A DNA stretch of 62,923 bases, filler included, from Choristocarpus tenellus KU-1152 (GCA_964200185.2; 11 parts of 11 records of this genome joined end to end with filler, not necessarily neighbours in it); one strand, 5' to 3'. Shown: positions 51,297 through 62,923, counted from the whole stretch's first letter. Notes: a model not told the origin generated them from the sequence alone. Translations and numbers: made by a program.

Positions 51297-51999
51297 GATC
51301 CACAGATCCTCTTCTTGTCATATCTCAACACTTATTGGCTGGTATGGTACTGCGCCACCTTTAAATGTTCAAGGTGATGTGGTGTAGGTTACCACACCCA
51401 CCACCCCCTGAGCGTAACTCCAAAATGAACGATGGGTTCAAACCAGTTAAACCCGACATTGTGGTTTCTCTTCTGACTGAGACTGTCAACATACACCCAA
51501 TGTATACCTTAGACCCATATCGAACTTCCTTCCTGAACCTCATCTCTGTGGATTCTCATCGTCCCTTGTCACACGGAACTACACCGTGTAATAGTGGTAC
51601 TCATAATGATCTGTGTTGGGGGGTCACCAGAGATGTAGGGTCGCGACAAGATGACGGACAAGAAGGAAACGCAACCAACTCAAAAGGTAGTTGACCCTGG
51701 TCAAAAGAAGGGAAGACTTGGAGAAAAGAAGCACCATCAGGGAAGTGTAGGTTGAGAAGGAGGACCATCCAATATCCCAAAACTTGTAGACTCTGAGCCC
51801 CGTCAAAAGGTCAACATGCCCTTACCAGTTCGCTTGAATACGGTGTCACAATGGCTGGGGGACGGTGAGATATTCCATTCATGTCCGAGTTGTCACCTAA
51901 ATCTATCGCAGTTTGGGAGTGGGAGAGTGTGGAGTTCAGCCTCATTTCTGTGCCCCTTACAAGTAAAAATCAGCAACGGACAAGATTAGTCTATTGAGC

Positions 52000-54900
52000 C
52001 ACCCTACCACGACCATATTCCCTGGGGTTATGTATTCGACCACTTGATCATGAAGCATATTTCTCGCAAGGACCCATACCCATGAGTTCTGGAGGACAGG
52101 GTTTGCAAATTCCCCTGTTGCCAAATTTCAAAAATGGGTTGAACTTTTCGTTCACATGTGCATTCTGAAACAACTGCGAAGAGGTATCGATTGGTCGACT
52201 TTTATCAGCGATCGCGGCACGTGCTACCCGACCAGAAATCTCTATTCCCCCCATGAACCCCTGCAGGATATCATACCACAAAAGGAGAAAATGAGGATTG
52301 AGGGGATTTAGATATGCCTCCTGATTTAGTTTTCTCAGAGTTAGTAAGGGCAAGGCATACACGTGGTATGATATCTAAGGAATTGTTGTCTACTTAGGAA
52401 AACACTGTAGAGACTATGAGGTTTGCAAGCCAAAATATTCCACAAGGAGGACATGTAACCACTGTTGCATCTGCTATAACTTGCTCCTCACAACCATTCT
52501 TGGACGTGGGTGAGGATTTTTCTCAGACGAGGATGTGTTGTTCCACTCTTCCATATTGTTGGCACAAGTCAGCTATTGAACCTCATTCAATCTCCCCTCA
52601 CACCCTGAATCTTTCATTTTGCCAAGTACGAATTCCTGAGTATACGAATAATGAACCTCATTAGAACATCACGGTTCGTACTGCTACTGACATTCCCGTA
52701 ATATCACTTAGGTATATGCAGGCCAACCCCACACTCTGCCAGGCACCAATTCGGGAGATACCAGTAGGGGCTCTAAATTTATAGGGAGTGAGTGGTAGAC
52801 CTTTGTTCATGGTTTCATTCAATTTTCGCTACAGCTTGGAGATTTACCAATGCCTGTCCAAGCAGTAGCCATAGGCAACTTGGAAGTGGGTAAACTTTTC
52901 ATGGAAAACACTTTCATGTCAACTTTTGGGGCAGTGCTAGATAAGAACAAAGAGGAATTGTTGTTTATAGATTTTGATACCTGTATTCCAGCAACTCACA
53001 AGATCCTACCAATTCCCATCTCTTCCCCCTCGACACATGATTGTCAGACTGAAAATCCATCAAAGACTGATACATCATCTCGTATTTCAATTTGAGTGAT
53101 CACATTTGAGTTCACCACACCTGTAGATAGAGTATTAAAAATACATGTTGCTCCTGACACGGAAACCTTTACTCCAGTTTATTCCCAAGCTCACCAACGA
53201 ACAGCTACTGGTGCTGTTGTGGAGTCTATAATCAAAACTGGGATAGACTTTGAGCAAGAAGAAACTATACGTCCCACTGGCAACATATTATGATCAGTGA
53301 AACCCTCACTGTTTGGGGAGAAGATGGAGGATGTGTAATCGAAATTGCCAATATATCAAGAGAAAGGGGTCAAGCTACCTGCAAATCTCGCAGTAGGTCA
53401 GATCTCCCCTGCGTTGAGCACATAATCCCTCTCAGATACTACCACAAGTGCAGTTACAGCCACACACTCTAACCCCGAAGATCTTTGTATCTACAGATAT
53501 TTTGAAAGAGATTTTCAAAGAAGGTATTTGAAAATTCTCACCTGACTTTTGCTGAACAGGAGGAATTGCTAGATAGCGTGGCTAAATTTAGACCAGCCTT
53601 TTCATTTTCTGGAGATGAATTAGGCTGCTGTACCACCACTTCTGTTGACTTTCCACTACAACCAGGTACTAAACCGTTTAGTAGACCACTGTATTGTACA
53701 GCACCAAAAATACATGACCCCACCCGCCAATGAGGAAACAACATGCAGAAAGAGGGTATTGTAAAACTCGCTAAGCCTTGTGCCTCCCCTGTTACCATTG
53801 TTGCAAAACCTTATAGATTCCCCCATTTCTTGTTTGTGTGGATTCAGACGAATCAATAGTAAATTTTTGATACGTAATTCATGTCCTTCATGATCCATGT
53901 AAAAGTGTTTGCCTACATTGGGAGGTTTTATAATTTACTCTTGTCTAGGTATCCAATCAGGCTATTGGCATCTACTCATATCTAAGGAATGCAAAGGGCA
54001 AGATATGCACTGGGGATCTTCCAAACGCTTGACATCTGAAATATTTTTTACATTTTATCCTACCTCTGAGTTATTTGTATATGTAGACGATATTGTTTTG
54101 GCTTCTCCAACTTGGATAGACCATAAACAATTGATTGCTACAGTACTATCAACCTTACATACTGTGGAGGTTACATTGAAGCCAGCCAAGTTTTCGAATT
54201 GGCTCTGAACAACTCCATTGTTTGAGTCATGCTGTCAGCCCAAAAAGAATACCTGTAAATCTTTGTTTATTATGTATCGTGTTCAAGCTATGATATTCAT
54301 ATTTTTTAAACTGTGTTCCTCCAAACAGAGAAATGCGTACAATCATTTTTAGGTTCCATTCTTTTTTCAGGAAATACCTTCCTCACCTACCAACTGTTGC
54401 AGAATCGATAGTAGAATCGATTCGCCAAACACAAGAGGGAAGTACCAAAAAATGTCAAAAGAGACCAAAAAATGGTAAAGGTGGAAATACATCTAAACGG
54501 AATCAGCCACAACAGATTACTTTTAACAGGTACAAACGACGTTTAACTATAATTCCTAACACGTTCCTATTTTCGAAGGATTTTTTTAATACATGTAGAT
54601 ACCAGTAATGTTGAGACAGGGACATCATTGGGACACAAAAACAAAGATGATAAGTTTGGCATCATTGTGTACCATAGTGCCTTATTTTCCGCTTCCAAAA
54701 AATATTGTGTTGCACAAAAAGGGTGCCTTGCATTCGTTCTGTCGATTCAACACTACAGACCAAATATATGGAGTAAACATTTCACAGTTATTAGTGGTCA
54801 TTAAGCCTTACGGTGGTTGTATACTACGCAAGACACATCCAATATTCTAACCAGATAGGCCCTAACTCTGCAAAGTTTTGCTTTTTACCGTCTTTCACAA

Positions 54901-57330
54901 GTCTGCCAAATGACACAAACGTCCCAGATGTGTTGTCACGTCCTCAACTGGAAGAGTTCTGTAAATGTGAATCTAAACCAGCAACCTTGACCCCCTCTAT
55001 GACGAAATGTGGAAGCAGAAATCACAAATGCAACTTCTCAAGCAAAGTATATACTGCCTATGAATTGTCTGTGGACCACTTAGGTGAAACCACTACGGTG
55101 GCAAATGACTCTCAGCTCTTTGTTAGCTCCATCAATGTTTTTCCAACGGAGAATACAGAATTTCTAGCCAGAACTAACAAGATCAGTTTAAAGGATGTTT
55201 CAAATATGTCAAAGACCCTGAAAATTCAACACTAACTTTTAAGGAAACGGGCAAATACTTGAGTCGAGGATTGATACAGTAGTGGAGCTTAAAGGGAGGG
55301 AGAGTCTTGTCAATTTGAACTAAGCGTATAAATTAAGCCTATCCCTATCCTGTTGGTGTAACTGATGATTGTAGTATTGTGTGCTCTACCCCTAAATGAT
55401 GAGAGTATACTTCAATCTTGTGTGCGTTTCCACAAACCTTTTGTATATGCAGTCCAGACCTCCCTTGGAAATGATGTTTCTTAATTTGTCTCGGCAGGAT
55501 AGAACAATGGCAAGTAGGATTTATGATACCATGGTCAATATTTTGGCTCTTTTGTACTGTTCCCCCAGCCCCAATTGTTTATTGAGGTCATGGCTGAAAT
55601 TGACAATTTTCTAGCAGAGAGCTGCTGGAGTTTTCCTGAATTTGCATGCTTTCCTCAATCATCCACATGCAGTCATCATCAACTGTTTTGTAAAACTTTT
55701 CATCAGAAAGAGATGGCATTAATGCTTTGTAAAGTCTGTCTGCCATTTAGTAGAGTTGCTTTATAGTGCACATTACTTTATGAAGTCCAGTGATTGCACT
55801 AAAGACAGTATCAAGAATATAGTTCTTGATAGTAAAGAGAGTACTTTGTACACACGCCAGTTCTACATATTTTTCAGTATATATAATTTGATGATGTTGG
55901 CTAGCACGATTCTTTTCTTGCTCTCAATTCTTTTCACACAAGAAAAAGAAGGTAAACTCTAATTGTACCCATTTTATCAACCCGGTCGTCACCACGAAAA
56001 TTGATAATTTTGTGATCAATTAGTAGCCCCAACTGAAGGTGAGGGTTTATTTTTTATGCCCTACATGGCCATAAAGTTGCAGGCCATCTTGCTTTCAAGC
56101 AAGAGGTAGATTTTGGTTGCCGAGATCTTGCGTGAAAATGTTAGAAATTGGGGTGAAACTTTCCAGTGATGTCATCGACGGAAGACCTCTCCTACTCGTA
56201 CATGACTACCAGCAGGACAAATGGTCGTCACCCGTCCGTTTCAACAGCTAGTTAAATGCTATCAACCCAGTTAAATATAAGATCATGTCATATGGTGCAA
56301 CGTCATTACAATATCTGCCATAGACCATCCTACAAGAAAATTCTGTAGCTAATGCTATTGTTGATGACTGCTTTTCCATTTTTGGACACCCCGGAATATT
56401 TCACTCTGACCAAGGTAAAGAATTTGATAATGAACTTCTAGCAGAGCTTCGAAAGGAGTATGGGGACCACAAAACTAAGATTAGGGCAGATCGACCCCAA
56501 GGCAATAGAATATGTGAAAGAATTCATTCCACAATGAATGATATGCTGGGTGCATTTGAATATGGACCAATATGACTGGGCATCATTGTTGCCTTTTGTA
56601 CAGCTAGCACATAACACAGCCTATAATAAAACTGTTCAGGAATTCAATTTTTTCGGATGTTTGGAAGGCACCCAATTTCACCAATTGATCTTATTTTAGG
56701 GGTTCCTTAGGCCCCCCCCATAACGGTACAAGAATGCACTTCGGGAGGAGTGGAAAATTTACAGCTAGCATACAAGCTTGCCCGACAGAATTTTGGTGAG
56801 ATCGCACTAAGGAATTAATCTAATACTTTAAGCCATAAAATTCCAATCTATAAGCCAGGAGATAAAGTGTGACTTCACAAACCACATACTTCACTCAGAT
56901 GATGCACTGAACCCCAAGTTATTGTCCCTATGGAGAGACCTTATGAAGTGAAGTCATGTTTAACACCTGTTGTGTATCGTGTAAAATACTTGGAAAACCG
57001 ACATGAAGTGACAGTTATTATGACCTGACTCAAACCCCGTGAACACGATGGAATCACTCAACCTGACATAGATGCCCTTGATTCCTTTTCTTAGGATAGT
57101 ATTTCCGAAACGGATATTTGATCAGGGGTTAAGGAAAACAATTTCTTAGTAATACACTGTAGAGGGCATTGTTGACCAGAAGTGAGGTGTGGGAAGAAAG
57201 ACTACTTGCAATTATATGTACCAGCTTCGCCTTCCAAGGATATTAACCGGGCAATGATGTGTGGCGCAAACCCGCTTAATACCTGAATGTGCAGATATGA
57301 TTGCTCCCTACAGGGAAGAGAAGAAGTTGG
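52000..57330 (+). mobile_element. Degenerate Ty3/Gypsy LTR retrotransposon pol (protease-RT-RNaseH-integrase-chromodomain)
   Basis: Frameshifted motifs in Gypsy order: protease-like (~52650-52970); RT ASPVTIVAK, QSGYWHL, LFVYVDDIV (YVDD 54080-54091), LKPAKF; RNaseH-end NVPDVLSR; integrase LHGHKVAGH, FGHPGIFHSDQGKEFDN, PQGNRICER, LPFVQLAHNT; chromodomain-like YTVEGIVDQK...QGY*PGNDVW (~57153-57310). LTRs not recognised; boundaries approximate. Confidence 0.9.
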
Positions 57331-57597
57331 ACCACCCTACTGTATGAGTCCTGCCCGTACACTAGCCAAAGAACTTTAATTACTGCCAACCAAACGTCCA
57401 TCTACAAGCAACTTCGCATCCTCTAATGATATGATATCCCTCCTTGTGGACTGGAAAGTGCAATTCATTCCTCTGTACTAATGGGTTGCAGGCCCGTTGC
57501 CACAGATTGATAAGATGTTTCTTTTTCATTTCCAGATTTGGCAGAAGGGGCGCCAGTAAATTGTTGAAGACCATACCATAGCGCAGTCCAGGTGGTA

Positions 57598-57856
57598 GAG
57601 CCAAAGTATCTTAGAGGGTAGAGCCGCGTCCATTTGGGGGCCAAAATTCAATGTTGCGATTTCGATGTAATTTTGACAATTGTATTTGTTAGGAAGTGTC
57701 AATATCCTTGTTCTGGACACACCTTTTCATAACGTACACATTTTACCAACTCCAAAATCTTTTGGAGTTGGTAAAACATCATAAATACCTCGAGGGAAGC
57801 CAAGTCCAAAATGGACAAACAGGGCAAAACTCGTACCCTCTGAGATACTTTCACTC
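57598..57856 (-). mobile_element. MITE family A, full copy with 3-bp TSD GTA
   Basis: gta|gagccaaagtatct...agatactttcactc|gta. Confidence 0.92.
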
Positions 57857-58367
57857 GTATTTTGAGGTTTATCAGATATTTCATGCTCGTGGGTTAGAAA
57901 CATAGCTCTCTTCCACAGAAATATACACGGGTTGGCCCTACCTGTAAGACTGTAAGAAGTATGCACAATAGATACCCACATATGCATGTATGTATGTATG
58001 TATTTGAGTTCAACTTTTTTTATTTTCCAAGTATCTTGGTTGGCAATTTTTTTACTAGGAGGTAGTAAGAGATGATGAGTTGTCCAATGACACTTGACAC
58101 TATCCCTGCTAAACTCCAAATGGATGTCTTGGTGATACCAAAGCTGTGGTGAAACTGAGCTTCATCTGCTCAGATGCCCAGACTGCCCCATAATATTTTT
58201 CTCAATGCACCTTCACCTATTAATGCAAATTGACCTGGCTTGGACTATAGTGTGACTTAGGGCTGATCACCACTAGTGCTCCACCTTTTCATTATTTTCC
58301 CGTTTTTTTTATAATTCTTGAGTTGATTCAATCAGCATATGTTAACCCAAAGTATCCGGGAGGGGGG

Positions 58368-58467
58368 NNNNNNNNNNNNNNNNNNNNNNNNNNNNNNNNN
58401 NNNNNNNNNNNTTAATTAATTAANNNNNNNNNNNNNNNNNNNNNNNNNNNNNNNNNNNNNNNNNNNN
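58368..58467. other. Artificial assembly spacer
   Basis: Same pattern. Confidence 0.97.
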
Positions 58468-58499
58468 ACGCGACTCTACCCTCTAAGATACTTTGGTTC
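58468..58499 (+). mobile_element. MITE family A right end (gap-truncated)
   Basis: acgcgactctaccctctaagatactttggttc. Confidence 0.8.
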
Positions 58500-58529
58500 A
58501 GATGCAGCATTTGACATCTTCAACACAAC

Positions 58530-58819
58530 GAGTCAAAGTATCTTAGGGTTAGGGTACGGCCGCGTCCATTTGGGGGCCAAAATCCAATGTTGCGATTTTG
58601 ATGTAATTTTGGCTATCGTGTTAATGAGGAAGTGTCAATATCCTTGTTCCAGACACACCTTTTCATAGTTTTATACATGAAACCTACTCCAAAACGTACA
58701 CAATTTACCAATTCCAGAACATTTCGGAATCGGAGAATGTCTTAAAAAAACCCGGTGGGAAGCCAAGCCCCAAACAGACAAACAGGGCAAAACTCGTACC
58801 CTCTAAGGTACTCTTACTC
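58530..58819 (-). mobile_element. MITE family A, full copy with 3-bp TSD AAC
   Basis: aac|gagtcaaagtatct...aggtactcttactc|aac. Confidence 0.92.
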
Positions 58820-59792
58820 AACTATAATTTCAAAGGAAGGTGTTGTGCAGATGCTCCACTTATAGCATTGCCTTTCAATTCAACAATCTGGAGATTAGGA
58901 AAACGCCCAAAGGGTTATCCTCAAACATTCAAGTTGTGGTGGGTTAAAAGTATCACAATCCACGACCACGACCGTTTCTTTTTTTTTCTGACTTAGCTCC
59001 CGTCTATTCAGACAAATCTCATAGCTCTTCACCATTCGAAGCCTTTCTCCTGAGACGATAGAGTAATTCTGTTAGCTTTTTTGTAAAATATCCCCACAGG
59101 AACGAATGGAATATGAAACCACCATAATACACACCATTTTAACCCTAATACACACCCTGCAAACCGTTTAAACCGATGCTGAACAGAGGAAGTAGCTGTA
59201 GGTGTTTAAGGTCCTTGAGAAAAATCTCACATCCACACACTATTGTACCGAATCCTATATAGGCAGTGCTCGGTACAAGAGTCTCCCTAACAACAGCTTA
59301 GAAAATGTTGAACATACTTAGATCATCTTGACGTAAGTCTAAAAACTGGAAGAGGAAACTACACATCCTGAGTATTGTACAACAGAATCAAGCAGAAAAT
59401 AAACCTTAGCCTCTAGGATGTACCATGCACAGATAAATGGGGCAACGTGGGATATACAGAAAGGTGGAGATGGTAATGTTTTGCCAGAGGGGCTTAATTT
59501 CAATAAGAAAGGAAGGGATTATCCCTAGACTTCCTTTGCTTCTTAGGGATTTACACACTCATCGACCCAGTGTTGATACTTTGAAGCATATATTATGCTA
59601 TCCAGACTTTGTGAGGAAGGCCTTCTCTTGATCCCTAGACTTCCTCTTGAAGAAAGGGAGCTAGGCCAACAACTTCGGTGAAGTTCCTCAGATCACAGCT
59701 TTGATATGAGCTCAGAGTGCAGGTTCCTCTTGAACAGCTCTTGTTGTTAACATTGTCTGGAGAGCAGAAATCATAGGGGTCTTTGATCTCAC

Positions 59793-62530
59793 CTGTCCCA
59801 TACTGCCCAATCAGGAGTGAAGTCTGTCGCAGGCACTTCACTTGTTTATTGAAGTTCATCGTCTCAAGAGTTGCGTCCACCACCCGTGAAAAGCCGGCAA
59901 ACTTGCTTGCCGTCGCCAAAAGGGAGTTGTGGTTGGACAGTACTCTTCTCCCAGACCTTAATCACATTTTTTGAGGAGATATGACAGGAGGCGAATAAGG
60001 AAGGTTTTAGGACATGACTTGTGAGTTTCTCACTCATCTACCCACAGTTGTAAAATGTTGCCAGGTGCTCATATGCTCCTTCTTGAGCTGCAATAGGCGG
60101 AATTAATCCTACTCCAGAGCCTATGCTCTTACCCCTGCTTCTTCCATAGCACCTATGCTCTCCGATAGGTAGTCCTTAGTGGCACTCTAATATATTGGGA
60201 AAAACTCAATATTGTTTCTATGACGATGCATCATACCATCAGCCTTACCCTAACTTCAGCACAATCATTGCACTCTGACATTTCAAACAGTATACAAGAG
60301 CAATAGGTTCCGGCTGTATAAGTAAACAAAGTGAATCCCAACTCAATCAAATGTGAGTACTTATGCCAACCTGCGAATGAAGGTGATCTTCACCTCCTCC
60401 TGTGTCGACACCCTCCTCACCAATGGCATTACTCCCCCGACCCCTACTCCACCTCTGGGGGAAGCACCATTCACGTCCCTGTTTGCAATTCCAGATTCTG
60501 CATGTGCCCAAGGCATGGTGGTGGGGCCAGTCCCACTCAACAATGCCTCTCCTGTGCTTTCCCTGTCACCATCACCCTCTTGCTCATGGCGAGACTCCCT
60601 TGACAGGAATTTGTGGTTTTCAGTTACCCTTTCAGCAAAACTTACAAGGAAGGTCTGAAAACCCTGGTACCTGATTATTTCAATATTAGGCATCCAGCAT
60701 TTGAAATGGGTGAGGAATACTACAGGGTGGGGGTAGAGGCTTGGTGGAAGTTTAACTTGTCAGGCAAAGGGTGTATTGATCAAATGGTATTGTGTTTAGG
60801 CTACAAAAGATAGACTTAAAATAGACTTGCGTGTTAAAAAAAAAGAAGTTGTGTTTTGTGCAGATACACGCAACTTGATGGTTAGGTGCACAAGCACCTG
60901 GAGAAGCCAATACAGGACATACCCCTGACAAGCCAACACATGCACAGACACAAGTACAAACGTTCCCAAGCATACCTCTTGAGAATCTTGCGGTCATGGA
61001 GCCAACGAGCTGGGTCGAGGGTAGCGGGGTGGTGGTTGAAGCCAAGGGTATAGTAGGTTCTGGTTGGGTTCGAAATTGAAGGGGTTGAGAAGAAGGATTA
61101 TTGTGTCATTCTCAAGTATCTGCCTCTGCCCTCAATCCAGGGGAAATGTTGACATCAACGCCATGTGAATAAAACGGAAACAGTAATGAAAAGAAAAAGG
61201 AAAAACCATTTGACTCAGCACAGATAGATGCAGCAGAGCACTCCGACTGGTTGCAGATGTGGTTGTTTTCGGAGCAATTTGTAGCATTACATAAGCGCGT
61301 ATCCTGTACCATAGAGACAAGCAGGGCAGGTCTCTAGCTGTGGTCATGCTGTTCAGGAGATAACAGCCCAGAAGGTCTAGAAACTCAAAAGCAAGAAAAT
61401 TGCGCTATATACATAGCCTTAGGCATTTTCCCCTGAACACTTAAACAACCCAAGCAAGACCATACAGACATCTGAATACCCCATATTCCAATCTCCACAT
61501 CCCGCCTGCCAAGTGTCTAGCTCACTTGGTGATGTCTAGCCCCAAATGGAGTTTCCTGAAGCATGTACGGCCATCTAGCTTGGCTAGAGCTGAACCAGTT
61601 TGGAGTGGGTGCTTGGTCAAGGCACGAAGTAGGGTTAGGGCAGGGACTTCACTGTCCTTGACCTCCACTGCTTCCATTGACCCTGGCCACGAGCTTATCT
61701 CTTCTCCTTGTCCAGATTTTATGTGGTCATGGTCTCCAAATCCAGTGTGAATAATTCGCTGGAGTTCTTCTTGGTCTGCTTCTGTTGAGACATCTAATAC
61801 TGTATGTTGGAGGCGGTGTTAGTATTGTGAGGTTAGGGTTTGGGGACTAGACGGCAGAGAAGGGACCATCAAAATAAAGTGACTATCTACTGAAAATAGA
61901 ATGAAGAGGGCTTAAACAGTCTGACACATGGAAGTGAAAGTATCTTAAAGGGTATGGCTTTTGCCCTAATTGTCGATTATTTGGGGCTTGACTTCCCACG
62001 ATTTTCTTTTAATGACATTTCCTAATCAAAAATATTTTGAAGTAGGTAAAATGTGTACGTTATGAAAAGGTGTGTCCGGAACAACGATATCGACACTTCC
62101 TAGCAAACACGATAGCCAAAATTACATCAAAATCGCAACATTGGATTATCGCCCCCAAATAGACGTGACTCTGCCCTATAAAATACTTTGGCTTGTTTTG
62201 TTTTTTCTAGTACTAGTAATAGTCAGCTTGTTTCCCAACCGTTCTATATATGGGGCCACTGAATACTGCTGCGGAGTAGATTTACATATATATATATATA
62301 TATATATATTATTGCAGTATGCTACTCCAAACATCCTGGTAGAAATATGGGCATGCTTGGTTCAGGGGCAAAGATTGCTAGTAAGGACGATGGAGTATAT
62401 TTCCGAAGGCAAGGAGGGAGTGTCTCTTACTGATAAATATGCCACGGTCCCAGTCTGTTAGGTCACCTCCCATCATGTCCAGCACAGCATAATACAAGGG
62501 TTCAAGAACATCCAACAGGACGTGCCCCAC
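59793..62530 (-). CDS. Glycosyltransferase family 61 (EOGT/POMGNT2/DUF563-like) protein, multi-exon, partial
   Basis: Five in-phase GT-AG exons: 62530-62431, 61793-61526, 61059-60976, 60670-60371, 59956-59793 (916 nt, no stops). Motifs occur in GT61 order: GHVLLDVLEPLY, LLRALTKHP...TCFRKLHLGL, KITFIRRSGRRVLSN, LETMNFNKQVKCLRQTSLLIGQYGTG. First and last exons not identified. Confidence 0.82.
61932..62194 (+). mobile_element. MITE family A, diverged copy in a GT61 intron
   Basis: Colinear with the other A copies; lies between the exon ends at 62431 and 61793. Confidence 0.88.
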
Positions 62531-62923
62531 CTTCACAACATGATTGGCGTCAGCGAAATGTCATTTACAGTAGCACTGAGTATTTTCTACAAGCTCAGGG
62601 GGTTGGTTATGTAATCTAGGGAGCAGGGGGCATGCAACATGAAATTCGAGCTCAACAGCGGAGTGACGTTGAGTTCAGTTGGACATGATTGTTTGATCTT
62701 CTCCAAGACCTTGAATACATGCCTTGCGTTGTAGGGGGGGTTGCAATGCTAGTGTTAGAGTTAGGAAGAGCCTTTGTGTTCTCCTGCTCGATTTTCTAGT
62801 TCAGTGCACGCTTAAATTGACCACCAAATGTATGCAATATTCACCAGCACACCATACTGAAATTTCACAGCAAACCTATGTTGAATTATCCCACACTGGA
62901 CCCGCGGCTTTTGGATGGTGCTT

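Noticed and set aside
50975-51364. Poly-Ser/Thr/Leu ORFs
   Set aside because: Translation of a (TAG)n microsatellite.
51300-58360. Paired LTRs around the Gypsy element
   Set aside because: No direct repeat pair with TG...CA ends found by eye.
58820-58870. IVELKGN as the next GT61 exon
   Set aside because: Wrong phase without an intervening exon, stops quickly, and abuts a MITE.
60133-60186. Candidate 54-nt exon (SATKDYLSESIGAMEEAG) in the GT61 gene
   Set aside because: Skipping it gives the in-phase GT61 motif FIRRSGRRVLSN; including it breaks phase with the next exon.
61631-61640. agggttaggg as a telomeric insertion
   Set aside because: Lies in-frame within a GT61 exon (ALTL), so it is explained by coding sequence.
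647-62461. Most of the supplied short ORFs as genes
   Set aside because: Alternative-start, antisense or TE-derived frames lacking domain motifs; real genes here are spliced.

Overview
Eukaryotic, repeat-rich nuclear DNA, roughly 40-45% GC by eye. It is not one locus: about 11 short contigs are joined by artificial 100-nt spacers (44 N + TTAATTAATTAA + 44 N). Reading splice sites by hand recovers three partial, apparently intact, multi-exon host genes that the ORF track mostly misses: a cyclin (+, 37924-41614), a P-type pentatricopeptide-repeat protein (-, 46386-49492) and a GT61-family glycosyltransferase (-, 59793-62530). There is also one orphan exon. Most of the rest is decayed transposable-element sequence: Ty3/Gypsy with chromodomain, Copia, DIRS/Ngaro-type, CRE-like RLE LINE, RTE-like LINE, and tentative Sola-, KDZ- and hAT-like relics. 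Several high-copy MITE families, a foldback element and mini/microsatellites are also present. Gene style and TTAGGG repeats are compatible with a stramenopile such as a brown alga (inference only). The most notable signals are: a MITE group with bipartite ends and asymmetric spacers (16 vs 26 nt), short telomeric-repeat insertions including one inside a MITE TIR, CpG decay between repeat copies, and a GT61 with Tyr in place of the conserved His. All family assignments come from motif recognition by eye, not from database searches.
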